This document shows, piece by piece, positions 52,823 through 64,000 of a DNA stretch of 64,000 bases (the stretch's first letter is position 1; the number at the start of each line of letters is the position of its first letter). A program made the translations under genes and the position numbers. The stretch lies in NCBI RefSeq assembly GCF_006345805.1, contig NC_042998.1, positions 11,284,001 through 11,348,000 on the forward strand, given 5' to 3'. The notes below the pieces were generated by a model, which made no database searches, was not told the DNA's origin, and worked only from the letters and a program-made list of their open reading frames with translations. Origin of the DNA: Octopus sinensis (lineage: Eukaryota).

Positions 52823-53212
52823 ATATACTCTTTTACTCTTTTACTTGTTTCAGCCATCCGGCTGAGGCCATGCTGGGGCACCGCCCTTGTTGCTACCCTC
52901 TCTAAGTCCAGTTTGCCGTGGCTGGCCACTGATCTAAGAGAGAGTTTGTAGCTGCTGCCCTTAGGTTACCTTCGTACCTTGCAGTGGGTTCATCTGGGAT
53001 CCCGGAAAGCAGCTTGTCTAGATGTTTTTTTGAAAATGTCCACATCCGCATCATGTAGATCTCTTAGTTTTCTTGGCAGTTTGTTGAAAAGCTGAGGGCC
53101 CCTGAAGCCCAGGCTATTACAGTATCTGCTCCTTACCCTGGATGTGGAAGACGGGACCTTTGGCACCACACAGTGACGTCCTGTACGACGATTGGAACAG
53201 CTCTCAATTCCA
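52823..53212 (-). mobile_element. CR1-clade LINE 3' end including 3' UTR stem-loop and (AAAGAGT)n tail
   Basis: GIESCSNRRTGRHCVVPKVP...LGFRGPQLFNKLP...DIFKKHLDKLLSGIPDEP, followed by ggcggtgccccagcatggcctcagccggatggctgaaacaagtaaaagagtaaaagagt. Confidence 0.85.
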
Positions 53213-53471
53213 ATATATGCATATTCTTTTTATCCTTATATTCAAATATTTATATATCTTTTTACTCTATGTTTTTGTGTAGTTTTGTTTTAATTTTTCT
53301 TTATGTGTTTATATTGTCATATTTGTGGATATTCATCTAACTATTAGTGTGTGTATGTGCTGTGTGTATATACATATAAATTTGTATGTGTTGCATATCT
53401 ATATGTACAAATATGTGTATATGTGTTTGCATGTTTATGTATGTTATTGTTTAAGTGTGAATATGTATATG

Positions 53472-53535
<64 letters not shown>

Positions 53536-54808
53536 ATATGCGTTTGTGTGTAGATATACGTATACATATGGGCATTTGTGTATGTATTCAGATATACATA
53601 TATATATATATATATATATGTATATGTGTGTTTGGGTGGGTATAAACATACTATTAATAGAACTATTATGAATAAATTAAAAACTTATGAGATTTCTGAT
53701 TTTTCATTTTGTTTTGGGGTTGGTATATGCATAACTATTAGCAAAACCTATTTTAAATAAATTAAAAAACTTAATTTACTATATTATAATTTTTTCACTT
53801 TGTTTTTCTTCTATGTTCGATATTTGTGTATATATGTATCTGTGGATATGTGTATTTATGTGTATGCATAAATATGTTTATATGTTTCGATATCTGTGCG
53901 AATGTGCATATATATTTTTATTTATACGAATATAAGTGTGTGTACATGTTTTTGCAAGATAATTAGTACATTCGAATGTTTAGATTTGTCTAATTAACAT
54001 TAAGCATTACATATAGTATGCGTTTCATTCATTTATTATCTTGCATCTTATTTTCATTCCAAACTTCGCTTAATAATTCATCATATATTTTTGTTGTGTT
54101 CTAGTCTAGTTTTTCTCTTTCATCCGAATCTATGGAAGCTCATTTCAACACAATTCCTTCTACTTTCTATGTTCACTTAATCTTCATATATTCTTACTTT
54201 ATCTTCAAATTAATGAATAATTTTATTACTTTAATTAATTTAGTATATTAATCTTGCTTAGCCTTCTATTTGTATATGTATATGTATGTATATATCTGTG
54301 TGTGTGTGTGCGCGCGCATATGAGTGTGTACATGTAATACGTGCATGTGTGCATATATGTGTGTATTGAATACCTAATTACTTCACTTCTCTATTCCCAT
54401 AATTTAATAAACACTTTATTGTTTTTTACAAATCACCATTTCTTCCATTTTGCATGGGTATGTCTGCATTATCATTATTTATATTAATTTATTATTTATA
54501 TTAATTTATGACTAACTATATATTTTTATAACTATATCTACTTTTATACCTGTGTATATATTTTTAAATTTAATGGTACACTTATTCTTCCTGTTTTTAT
54601 GTTTTCATTTTGTTTTAAATATAATAATTTTTTTCTGTACATCCTTCCCTGAAGATATTCTCACTTGCAGTAATTAACCAAATTAATTTAGTTAAATTAA
54701 ATTAAATGTGCTTAATTTTTCTGCTGCAATTGATGAACTGAAACAATTGTAGGTCTAAGTTTATTAATGCAAATAAACTGTTATTAATCTTATTTCCATC
54801 TCTCTAAG

Positions 54809-54862
<54 letters not shown>

Positions 54863-54877
54863 ATACACATATATATA

Positions 54878-54967
<90 letters not shown>

Positions 54968-55360
54968 AAATATAATAATATAATATAATACCCTGTGCAT
55001 TGTTCCATTTTTGTATTTGTTGGTAGCATTCATATGTAGACAATGACCTTTTTTACGTGTTCTTACGTTAGGCGTTCCATTCTCGAATTTTTACGGGTTC
55101 TCGGTTAGTATATTTCATACATTTGGGACTATAATGGTTTAGATTGCTTAATTTAAATAAGATATTTTTCAGGAGTGAGGTATAGTTCCCTTGTTAATTC
55201 AGCGCGATCTCGGATAAATATATTGGATATATGTATATAAAGCATAACGTATAAACATATATAGATACATACAAAAATCGACACATACATACTTACATAC
55301 ACACATACGTACATACACTGATAGAGAGAAATGTATTTTTTACATAGAAGTACACATATA

Positions 55361-56599
55361 TGAGGAGGTTCCCAAAAGAAACCGGAATTTTGCAATATTA
55401 TTCCATTCACTTTGTTTTACGTTTACCATTTTATCGCATTCTCCATTCGACGCAATGCATCAGTCTAGACACGTTTTCCACTGTTTGAAGCAGTCCTGGA
55501 ACTCTTACGAAGTGATGCATTTAAACGCCTCCGTCGTTTTATCTTTACCTCATCCACATCTGTAAAACGGTTTCCTTTAAAGACATTTTCTTTCGGAAGA
55601 TCAGAAAAATGTCATAGGGAGGAAGATCGGGCGAATAAAGAGGGTGGGTAAGCGAGGTCATACCATTTTTGGCCGAAAGGCGGCATGCACAAGTGCTTTG
55701 TCGTGATGAAAGCACCACTCTCCATTTTGCCACAGGTTTGGGCGTTTTCGTTTCACCACGTTTCACAAATGCTTCCGAACTGCCAAGTAAAATGTCTGGT
55801 TAGTGGTTTGACCAGGAAGAGCAAATTCCGTGTGGACAATTCCTTTAGCATTTATGAAACAACTCAGCATCATCTTGGCACTGGATTTCACTTGACGCGC
55901 TTTTTAGGGGCGTGGTGATCTTGAATGCTTCCATTGACTTGATTGCTGCTTCATTTCTGAGTCGAAGCCGTAGCACCAGCTTTCATCACCAGTGATGACC
56001 TTCGGAAAAAGTTTCGGATCAACTTCCAACTGTTCTTTCAGTTCACGACATACATTCAGTCGTGACTGCTTTTGATCGACCGTGAGCAAGTAGGGCACAG
56101 ATTTTGCTGCAATTCTTTTCATTTGAAATTCCTGACTCAAAATTCATTGGCAGTAGCCCCAGGATACGCCAGTTATACCAACAAGTTCGTCAATTGTTCG
56201 GCGACGGTCTTCGAAGGTCAGATCAGGAATTTTCGAGATGTTTTCATTCATTCAAGAGGTCGACGAACGCCCAGAAAACAACTTGTAAACTTATGTTTTG
56301 CTCATGGCAGCATCCTTGTAAGTAGTTTGAAGCTTGACAACTGTTTCGGCTGCCGTTTCCTCGGCAGAATTTCACGGAAGCACGGTGTTCCTTGGTTTCA
56401 GCCAACGCAACAGTTGACGAACAGGGGAGAAGCACTGGAGAACAAAAATGTATCAGGTACCAGTACGACTTCCCTCCACGACGCCACTTGGCCGATTGAT
56501 GTCTGAGGGTTGCATCAAGTGATTCTAGCAGCGGAAGCCTGAACTACAATGGTCTTGTCCCACAAAGAAAGTTTCCAGTTACGATTGGGTACCCCCTTG
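55361..56599 (-). mobile_element. mariner element, degenerate, with diverged TIRs and TA flanks
   Basis: AETKEHRASVKFC, IAAKSVPYLLT, VITGDESWCYGFD, FHHDKA. Termini TA|tgaggaggttccca and tgggtacccccttg|TA. Confidence 0.85.
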
Positions 56600-56645
56600 T
56601 ATACATATGTATATATGTATGTATATATCCATCTATTATGTATAC

Positions 56646-56701
<56 letters not shown>

Positions 56702-56729
56702 GTGTGTATGTATGTATGTACGTATGTAT

Positions 56730-57850
56730 ATAAATGAGGTTAAACGCAAGTATGATTCAAATCCTTTTACTTTCGACATATGCTTCGAAGAAAACATTGG
56801 TATCACACCAGAAGGAATAGATAGTGTAAAACAACGTAGTCTTCTCATCAGAGAAAGAAAGAAACCAAACACATCAATAAGACATTTTAACAGAATGGGA
56901 TAACTGCGTTTATGATAAAGGGATCGCTATGAAGTTTTATAAAAAACCGTTAGTAGATATAACGTCAAAGCAGTTTATAGAAAGAGGAGGAGAAAGAAAG
57001 AAATTAGCAGAAAACTAATTGTGGAGAGATACAGAGCGATAGGTGAATTAGAATAAAGCTTAAATGCATGGAAGTAGATAAATTTAGTGGAAGTGAAATG
57101 TAAGAAGACAATCAAAGGTTGAATTTTATAGAATGGTAGGAATCACTTATAGGAAATAAAGGTATGTTTCTGCCAATATTTTCAACGATATACGCGTTCT
57201 ATAAACGTGTCTATAAAGGGATTCTCTGAGAACAGGATAAAGTACATATTTCACTGTTACAAGCGAACAAAAAGATTTACATTTATCATACGTTAAAGAT
57301 ATAGAGAGAATATTCCATTCCAAATCAAATTATTTATTATGATCTTTTAGATACCAGATTAATTTACTAAGCCCAGTATTGTTACGTTTATTGATATAAC
57401 TAAATGTAGAATAATGATTAGATATTCTTTTAGAAACTGAGATGAAGAACTACCTATATAAAAAGACGTCAGAACTGGAAGTAATTGAACATTGATAAAT
57501 AGAATTTCTAGTTTTAGAGTTACTCCTAAGAAAACGAATGCGATTGGAGACAACTTCAGAAACAATAAGCCCGCTGTTATTACGTTTTAAAGAATGGTAA
57601 GTGTTAACACAATCGATGTTAGTATTTTCATTAAGTAGATTTATATTTAACAACTTATGCGAAGAGGTGATTTGTGAAAGATGTTTTGTGTTAGAAAAAG
57701 CTATCCTGATTCGATGTGAATTAATAATCGAACAGTATCTTGAATTTCTTGAGAAATTCTTTTCTATAGCTTCACGAAATTGGAAAGGGAGGTTGGATTT
57801 GATCTGCCTAACATATGGGATTTCGACTAAAGATTAGTCTAAGCCATGTC
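56730..57850 (-). mobile_element. Penelope-like element remnant (RT thumb/GIY-YIG endonuclease + 3' region with hammerhead)
   Basis: IPYVRQIKSN..., NSIYQCSITSS, FYIGSSSSQF, NHYSTF...NTGLSKLIWYLKD...EWNIL...CSL: GIY-YIG signature with frameshifts. Confidence 0.75.
56762..56862 (-). ncRNA. Hammerhead ribozyme homologue, probably inactivated
   Basis: Minus strand CUUUC-U-CUGAUGA-GAAGA...UCUUC-GAAG-CAUAUG-UC-GAAAG. Same family as 37977-38075, with A15.1->G and a 1-nt insertion before the core. Confidence 0.65.
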
Positions 57851-58124
57851 TAACTTAATATTACCACCTCACGGGATTATCTAAATCCTTTTTAAGTCAA
57901 GTTCTGTGGTATCATGGTCCTTTCGAGTAGGGAGTTCATGTTGAAGAAAAGAAACTACGTTGCAGTGTGTTTATGAGCTGGGATCTTGAATTGGGTAGGG
58001 GATTATGGCCCGTGGTCCTTGCCTTGGATGAATTTTGAAGCTATTGTTGAGGTTGTTTGGGCAATGCTGCTGGTATATTCTCCACATCGTGATATATGTA
58101 TATGCGTACATACATACACACACA

Positions 58125-58155
<31 letters not shown>

Positions 58156-58263
58156 TTCTGAGCCGGATATATATATATATATAATATATATATATATATA
58201 TACATATGATACAGAAATACGTATATATATCTCTCTATCGATCTAACTATCTATCTATCTATT

Positions 58264-58309
<46 letters not shown>

Positions 58310-58420
58310 ATATATATATATAATATATATATATAATATATATATATATATATGTAGAGAGAAAGAGAGAGAGACAGACAGACAGACAAATATACGGACT
58401 GACTTACTGACAGATAGATA

Positions 58421-58546
<126 letters not shown>

Positions 58547-59051
58547 TGAGTGTATGCATATTGATATATACATTTGCATATATAAACATACTTAAACGCA
58601 CACACGATATGCCTATATGTGTTGTGATTGTACACACACACAATTACAGATACATACATACACACATACATACATACATACATACATACATACATACATA
58701 CATACATGCATACATACATACATACATACATACATACGTACGTAAAATATGATCTTGAGAAATGTGAGAGGAAGCGTGAGGGATAGGGTGAGGGAGAGAG
58801 CGAATGAGGGAAAGAAATTCGCAGAGTCAATCATACAAGCCGAACATATGTGAAGAACCACCCCCAAATCCCCATGAGACAAGTCGGATATTAAGTGGTA
58901 ATGATGATACTGTTTGACATCAGCGAAGGGTTGGACAATATTGGTATAATAGTCGACATCTCCACTTGGTGACCGATGTTAGAAATGTCCTCAAGCATAC
59001 ACTAGGATATTCAAACACACACGCTGGCACACGCACACACTCACAGACATA

Positions 59052-59121
<70 letters not shown>

Positions 59122-59444
59122 CGTATGTATGTATGTATATGTACAGATAAACGATAATACGTGCAGCTCTGCATAGCGTACGTGAATAATGTACACGAGC
59201 AACGATGAACGTCATCATATACTTGATGGTTGTTTATGTTAGATAACTGTTCATGTGTAATAAGGAAAGAGTACGGATTTGTGTAGGGATTGTATCTCTT
59301 CTAAGGCAGCCAGTGACGTAAGTAGAGTGTTTGCAGTCACAAATTTGTATATTATAGATGACTACAACAGATTGCTGGAAGGTACATCTACATGCTTAGA
59401 AGCACATACATAAATACGTACATATCAATCTGCTTTTATGCATC

Positions 59445-59605
59445 TGGCATGGTTGTGATAAGTAGTTTGCTTGCCAACTACATGGTTTCGGGTTCAGTTC
59501 CACTGCGTGGAATATTGGGCAAGAGTCTCTTCTACTATAGCCTCGGGCCGACCAAAGCCTTGTGAGTGTATTTGGCAGACGGAAACTGAAAGAAGCTTGT
59601 CCTAT
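59445..59605 (+). mobile_element. SINE family A, 5' half
   Basis: ggcatggttgtgataagtag...gggttcagttccactgcgtgg...ggaaactgaaagaagc. Confidence 0.8.
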
Positions 59606-59610
59606 GTATA

Positions 59611-59691
<81 letters not shown>

Positions 59692-59879
59692 CATATATAT
59701 ATATATATATAGTATGTATGTGTGTGTGTATCTATTTATCTATCTATGTGTGTGTTTTTATGTGTATATATGTGTGTGTATATATGTTCTCTCTCTCTCT
59801 TTCTTTTTTTTAAATGTTAGATTAAATTTTGACCGACTATCATGTAGGTAGCAAGATTGTGAAGGAAAGTATCTTCTTT

Positions 59880-60370
59880 TAGCCATCATCCTTTAAATCT
59901 TAATAAGAACTTGCAGATTTTCATAGTCCCAGATATCGTGATTATTTTTAACATTTGAACTAAGAATTTGCCTTCTCACCCCCCAAGATCCCAAGTTCAT
60001 CCATACTTTGTTCCAGACAGGCTGGTATCTATCATGTTGCTCCAATAATAAAAGCTGAAAGGGAAGCTGAAAGTGTATCTTGTGTATTGGATTTGAAAAC
60101 TCCGTATCAATGGTCAATACATGTCCTCTTTCTCTTGTATTTCTTAACCACATTTGTTTCCAGTGGGCAGCTGATTTCCACAACAGAACATATCTTTACT
60201 TTATGGTCCCATACAACAATATCTAGCCAGTTGTGTTTTAACTTGGTGGCTGCTTAATTCTAAGTTCCACTGATATTCTTTTAGCCAGTCGGTCTCAATA
60301 TGGTAAAATTCGTTTCGTTTATAGGTATTTTCCTTTTTCTAATCTTCTTCCAGACTCTTATCGTCAGCGC
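59880..60370 (-). mobile_element. RLE-type (R2-group) LINE 3' fragment, degenerate
   Basis: With frameshifts: HNWLDIVVWDHKVKICSVVEISCPLETNV..KEDMY.PLIR..IIGA...ISGTMKICK. Confidence 0.6.
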
Positions 60371-60554
60371 ATTAAGAGTCGTTATATGAAATCACATCAA
60401 CCTGAAGAATTCAGCCAAAGAAGAATATGTGAAAGTGCAAAACTACGGTGGTGCTCTCGCATGACCGCACTCATATGGCTGAAACGGATAAAACAATACA
60501 CACACACACACACACACACACGCATATATATATATATATATATATTTCTTTACT

Positions 60555-60768
60555 GCCCACAAGGGGCTAAACACAGAGGGGACAAACAAGGTCAGACGAA
60601 GGGATTGAGTCGATTATATCGCCCCCAGTGCGAAACTGGTACTTTATTTATCGACCCCGAAAGGATGAAATGCAAAGTTGACCTCGGCGGAATTTGAACT
60701 CAGAACGTAACGACAGACGAAATACCGCTAAGCATTTCGCCCGGCGCGCTAACGTGTCTGCCAGCCTC
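60555..60768 (-). mobile_element. SINE family C with an alternative 3' tail
   Basis: Head and central domain as in 47820-48035; tail gccccttgtgggcagtaaagaaat instead of ggccttgtgccaaaattt. Confidence 0.8.
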
Positions 60769-61100
60769 TTTCAGCTGGTATCTACCAAATCCTTTCACAA
60801 GTATTTTGTCAGCCTGGAACTATAGTTGAAGACACTTGCCCATGTGGAACTGTATAGAAAACCACATGGTTGGGAAGCAATCATGCATATCTATATACAA
60901 AGATGTGAAATATATATAGTTATACCTGTGTACGTTGTGTGTGTCTGCGCGCGCGTGTTAATAGTTAGCTTCGATACCACTTCATGGTCCCAGTTTCGAT
61001 CCCATAACACCATGTCTTCAGTCCTAGTCCAGATTCGGCTCTTCATTGTGTAGTATTTTATCGCCAGATGTTACGATACGGCCCGGTTTGTACGTTTATT

Positions 61101-61160
<60 letters not shown>

Positions 61161-61644
61161 GAGTGAGAGAGCAGTTCATGCCATCAAATTGACACTGGGG
61201 TAAATTATACGAAGCCCAGTATACCCATCATGACTACTCGTCTGATAAGGGTACACCAGGCACATGCATCACAACCATATGTGCGCGACATGGTGATCTC
61301 ATAAAAAGATAAACAGCACATGACCTTGCAGGTGGGGCCCAGTTAGAATTTTCTTCATGTTGAGTAGCCCATCCCGCTCAAAAGGTCCCTGAATAAGGGT
61401 TGTTTAAGGATGTTGAAAGAACCACCCATGTTTCCAGAGGTGAATTATTCAAGTCCCAAAGAATCCCTCTTAACACATGGCTATGATGCTCCCCCACTAC
61501 TTCTGCTCGTGATCAGAGATGCACATATCGTCAGCCACTAAGGGACATGCTCAACTGGTTAAAGTCAAACAACTGACAAGCAAATCTGTGGTAGTGAGCA
61601 GAATATTTGCTGTAGCCCATCTTTTATACCAAGACAAAACAATG
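61161..61644 (-). mobile_element. Non-coding element embedded in (TAA)n, possibly the 3' part of a TAA-targeting retroelement
   Basis: GC-richer 484-bp segment with (ATT)n directly on both sides and no recognisable ORF. Confidence 0.5.
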
Positions 61645-62049
61645 TTGTTATTATTATTATTATTATTTAGTACATTTATGTGTGTGTGTGAGTGCGAGTG
61701 TGGGTGCAGGCATTTGCATGTGTTAGTGTATCTCTTTAGTATTTCTGTATGCACATATGTGTAAGTATCATGCATTTTTGCATATTCTGTACATGTATAC
61801 TTTTACACACACTCACACATACACGTGTGCATGTGTGTTTGAATTTAAGCTTCTTTCTATTTATTTTCGCTTGAAACGATCGTACTGCATCACTACTTGA
61901 TATCCTGTTGATTATTCTGATTATATATATATATATATATATTATTTATTACACTATTGTATGACTGAGCGCCCTCGCGTCGATTCGATTCGATTCGTTT
62001 CGTTTCGTTTCGTTTCTTCTTCTTCTCTAAGCTGGTTTATATATATATA

Positions 62050-62199
62050 TACTCTTTTACTCTTTTACTTGTTTCAGTCATTTGACTGTGGCCATGCTGG
62101 AGCACCGCCTTTAATCGAGCAACTCGACCCCGGGAATTATTCTTTTGTAAGCCCAGTACTTATTCTATCGGTCTCTTTTGTCGAACCGCTAAGTAACCG

Positions 62200-62200
<1 letters not shown>
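62050..62200 (-). mobile_element. SINE family A, 3' half
   Basis: actcttttactcttttacttgtttcagtcatttgactgtggcc...gaaccgctaagtaac. Confidence 0.88.
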
Positions 62201-62231
<31 letters not shown>

Positions 62232-62309
62232 CATATAAGTGACAAGGATGTCCAAGTATTAGTGCATTACGACCGTTTCAAGCTTCTCCTGAATCTTAAT
62301 TACTTCTTA

Positions 62310-62354
<45 letters not shown>

Positions 62355-62358
<4 letters not shown>

Positions 62359-62560
62359 ATGTCTGTGTTTGTCTCCCACCACTGCTTGACTACCTATGCT
62401 GACGTGTTTATTCTATCGGCAAAGTAGATTAATATAATAGTCACCAAAAGTTTCCATAGAATAATTAGGCAAAAAAAAGTATGTACTGGGGTCGATTTAT
62501 TCAAATAAAAATTCTTCAATGCAGTGGCCCAACATGGTCGCAGGCCAGTAGCTGAAACAA
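62355..62560 (+). mobile_element. SINE family A-like 3' half, diverged
   Basis: gtctgtgtttgtctcccaccactgcttgac...tactggggtcgattt...gctgaaacaagtgaaag. Confidence 0.6.
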
Positions 62561-62586
62561 GTGAAAGATAAAAGATAATGTATATA

Positions 62587-63855
62587 TAAGGTCATCCCAT
62601 GAGTTCTGTTCGATTTTACCTTTTTAAATTGAATGAAATTTAATAGTATTTTAGAATGTCTAATGGAATTAAAAATTATTTTTATGCATTTGTGTACATT
62701 TAAACTAATTAAACATTATTTTACAGAATAATGGAATTAAAATTTCTGTGATTAAAACCTCTTCTAACATGGAAGTATCCAAAGAGCATTTGAGGCACAT
62801 AATGCTTTATGAGTACAAAAAAGGAGACTCTGCAGCCGAAGTGACCCGAAACAAACACTCAGTTTATAGGAAAGAATGCTTGAATGAAAGAACTTGCAGA
62901 AGATGGTTTGCAAAATTCAGTAGAGATTTCAGCCTTGAAGATGAAGATCGAGCAGGACGTCCAGTTGAATTTGATGTTACGGTCCTTGAGGCATCGCCTG
63001 AAGAACATCCTGCATTATCAGTTGAAAAATTGGCAATAAAGCTTAGTTCAAACCATATCAGTTCATCGTCATCTTCAACAACTTGGAAAGGTTCCTAAAC
63101 TTGGAAAATGGGTGCCTCATGAATTATACGAAAGCAGCCGCGAATCCCGATTTGACATCTGCTCTTCTCTCCATTTTTGCGAACTCATTTCACCCTTTTT
63201 GGATAGACTTGTGACTGGTGACGAAAAATGGATCTTCTATCGAAATGTTAAACGTCGTAAACAGTGGCTTGGTAAAAGGGAAAAAGCTCAACCACAACCG
63301 AGAAGGGAACTATATGGGAAAAAGGTTCCTCTCTCTATCTGGTGGGATTGCAAAGGCGTAATTCACTTTGAAATGTTACCACCTAATGCAACAATCAATG
63401 CTCAAGTCTACTATCAGCAATTAGAGCGTTTGAACCAAGCTTTGAAGAAAAAAAGATCCGCTTTAGTGAATCGAAAAGGAGTGATGTTTCATCAGGACAA
63501 TGCGCGTTCCCACACTGCAAAGCTAACATCGAAGGGCTTGGTAGGGAAAAAATTCCTCATCCACCTTATTCTCCCGACCTTGCTCCTTCAGACTACCATT
63601 TGTTTCGTAGTTTACAAATAATATGGGGAAACATAACTTTCGTAAGCCAGGAGGAGGTCGAAACTGACATTTCAGAGTTCTTCGCTTTGAAACCAAAAGT
63701 GTTTTACATTGATGGGATTAAAAACTTGTAAATAGATGGAAAGAAGTCATAGATAATCAGGGAAAGTACATTGATGATAAAATTTCAATTAAATATAACA
63801 TTTAATCAGTTGTTTTATTTATTCAAAATTCGAACAGAATTTATGGGATGACCTG

Positions 63856-63856
<1 letters not shown>
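62587..63856 (+). mobile_element. mariner (DD34D) element, full-length structure, frameshifted transposase 62769-63780
   Basis: TIRs taaggtcatcccatgagttctgttcga / tcgaacagaatttatgggatgacctga with TA flanks; WVPHEL, TGDEKW, HQDNARSH, PYSPDLAPSDY. Confidence 0.93.
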
Positions 63857-63919
<63 letters not shown>

Positions 63920-64000
63920 TAAAAACGGTAAGATAACAAAAGAAAGAAAGAGACCTCATTATTATGTAAATAGAGGAATTTATCTGTAAAATAATATGAG

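Overview
Eukaryotic, AT-rich, microsatellite-dense genomic DNA. The SINE families and repeat landscape look like a coleoid cephalopod, probably Octopus; this is recognition from memory, not a database hit. I found no confident host protein-coding gene. Most of the ORF track comes from (TA)n/(TATG)n/(ATT)n microsatellites or from decayed transposons. The window is a transposon graveyard. Retroelements: R4/Dong-type RLE LINEs inserted in (TAA)n (one near full length), plus RTE, CR1, L1/Tx1, HERO-like and Penelope-like (PLE) fragments. SINEs: at least four tRNA-derived families. DNA transposons: several canonical Helitrons (TC...CTAG), Tc1, mariner and Chapaev-like elements, and MITEs. The most notable signal is a set of hammerhead-ribozyme motifs in short (TA)n-flanked elements. 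One at 37977-38075 has an intact core, a long stem II and a palindromic stem III. A homologue at 56762-56862 lies downstream of a PLE GIY-YIG remnant. Other highlights are a SINE/CR1-LINE shared 3' stem-loop with a compensatory base change, and two inverted Helitron pairs.
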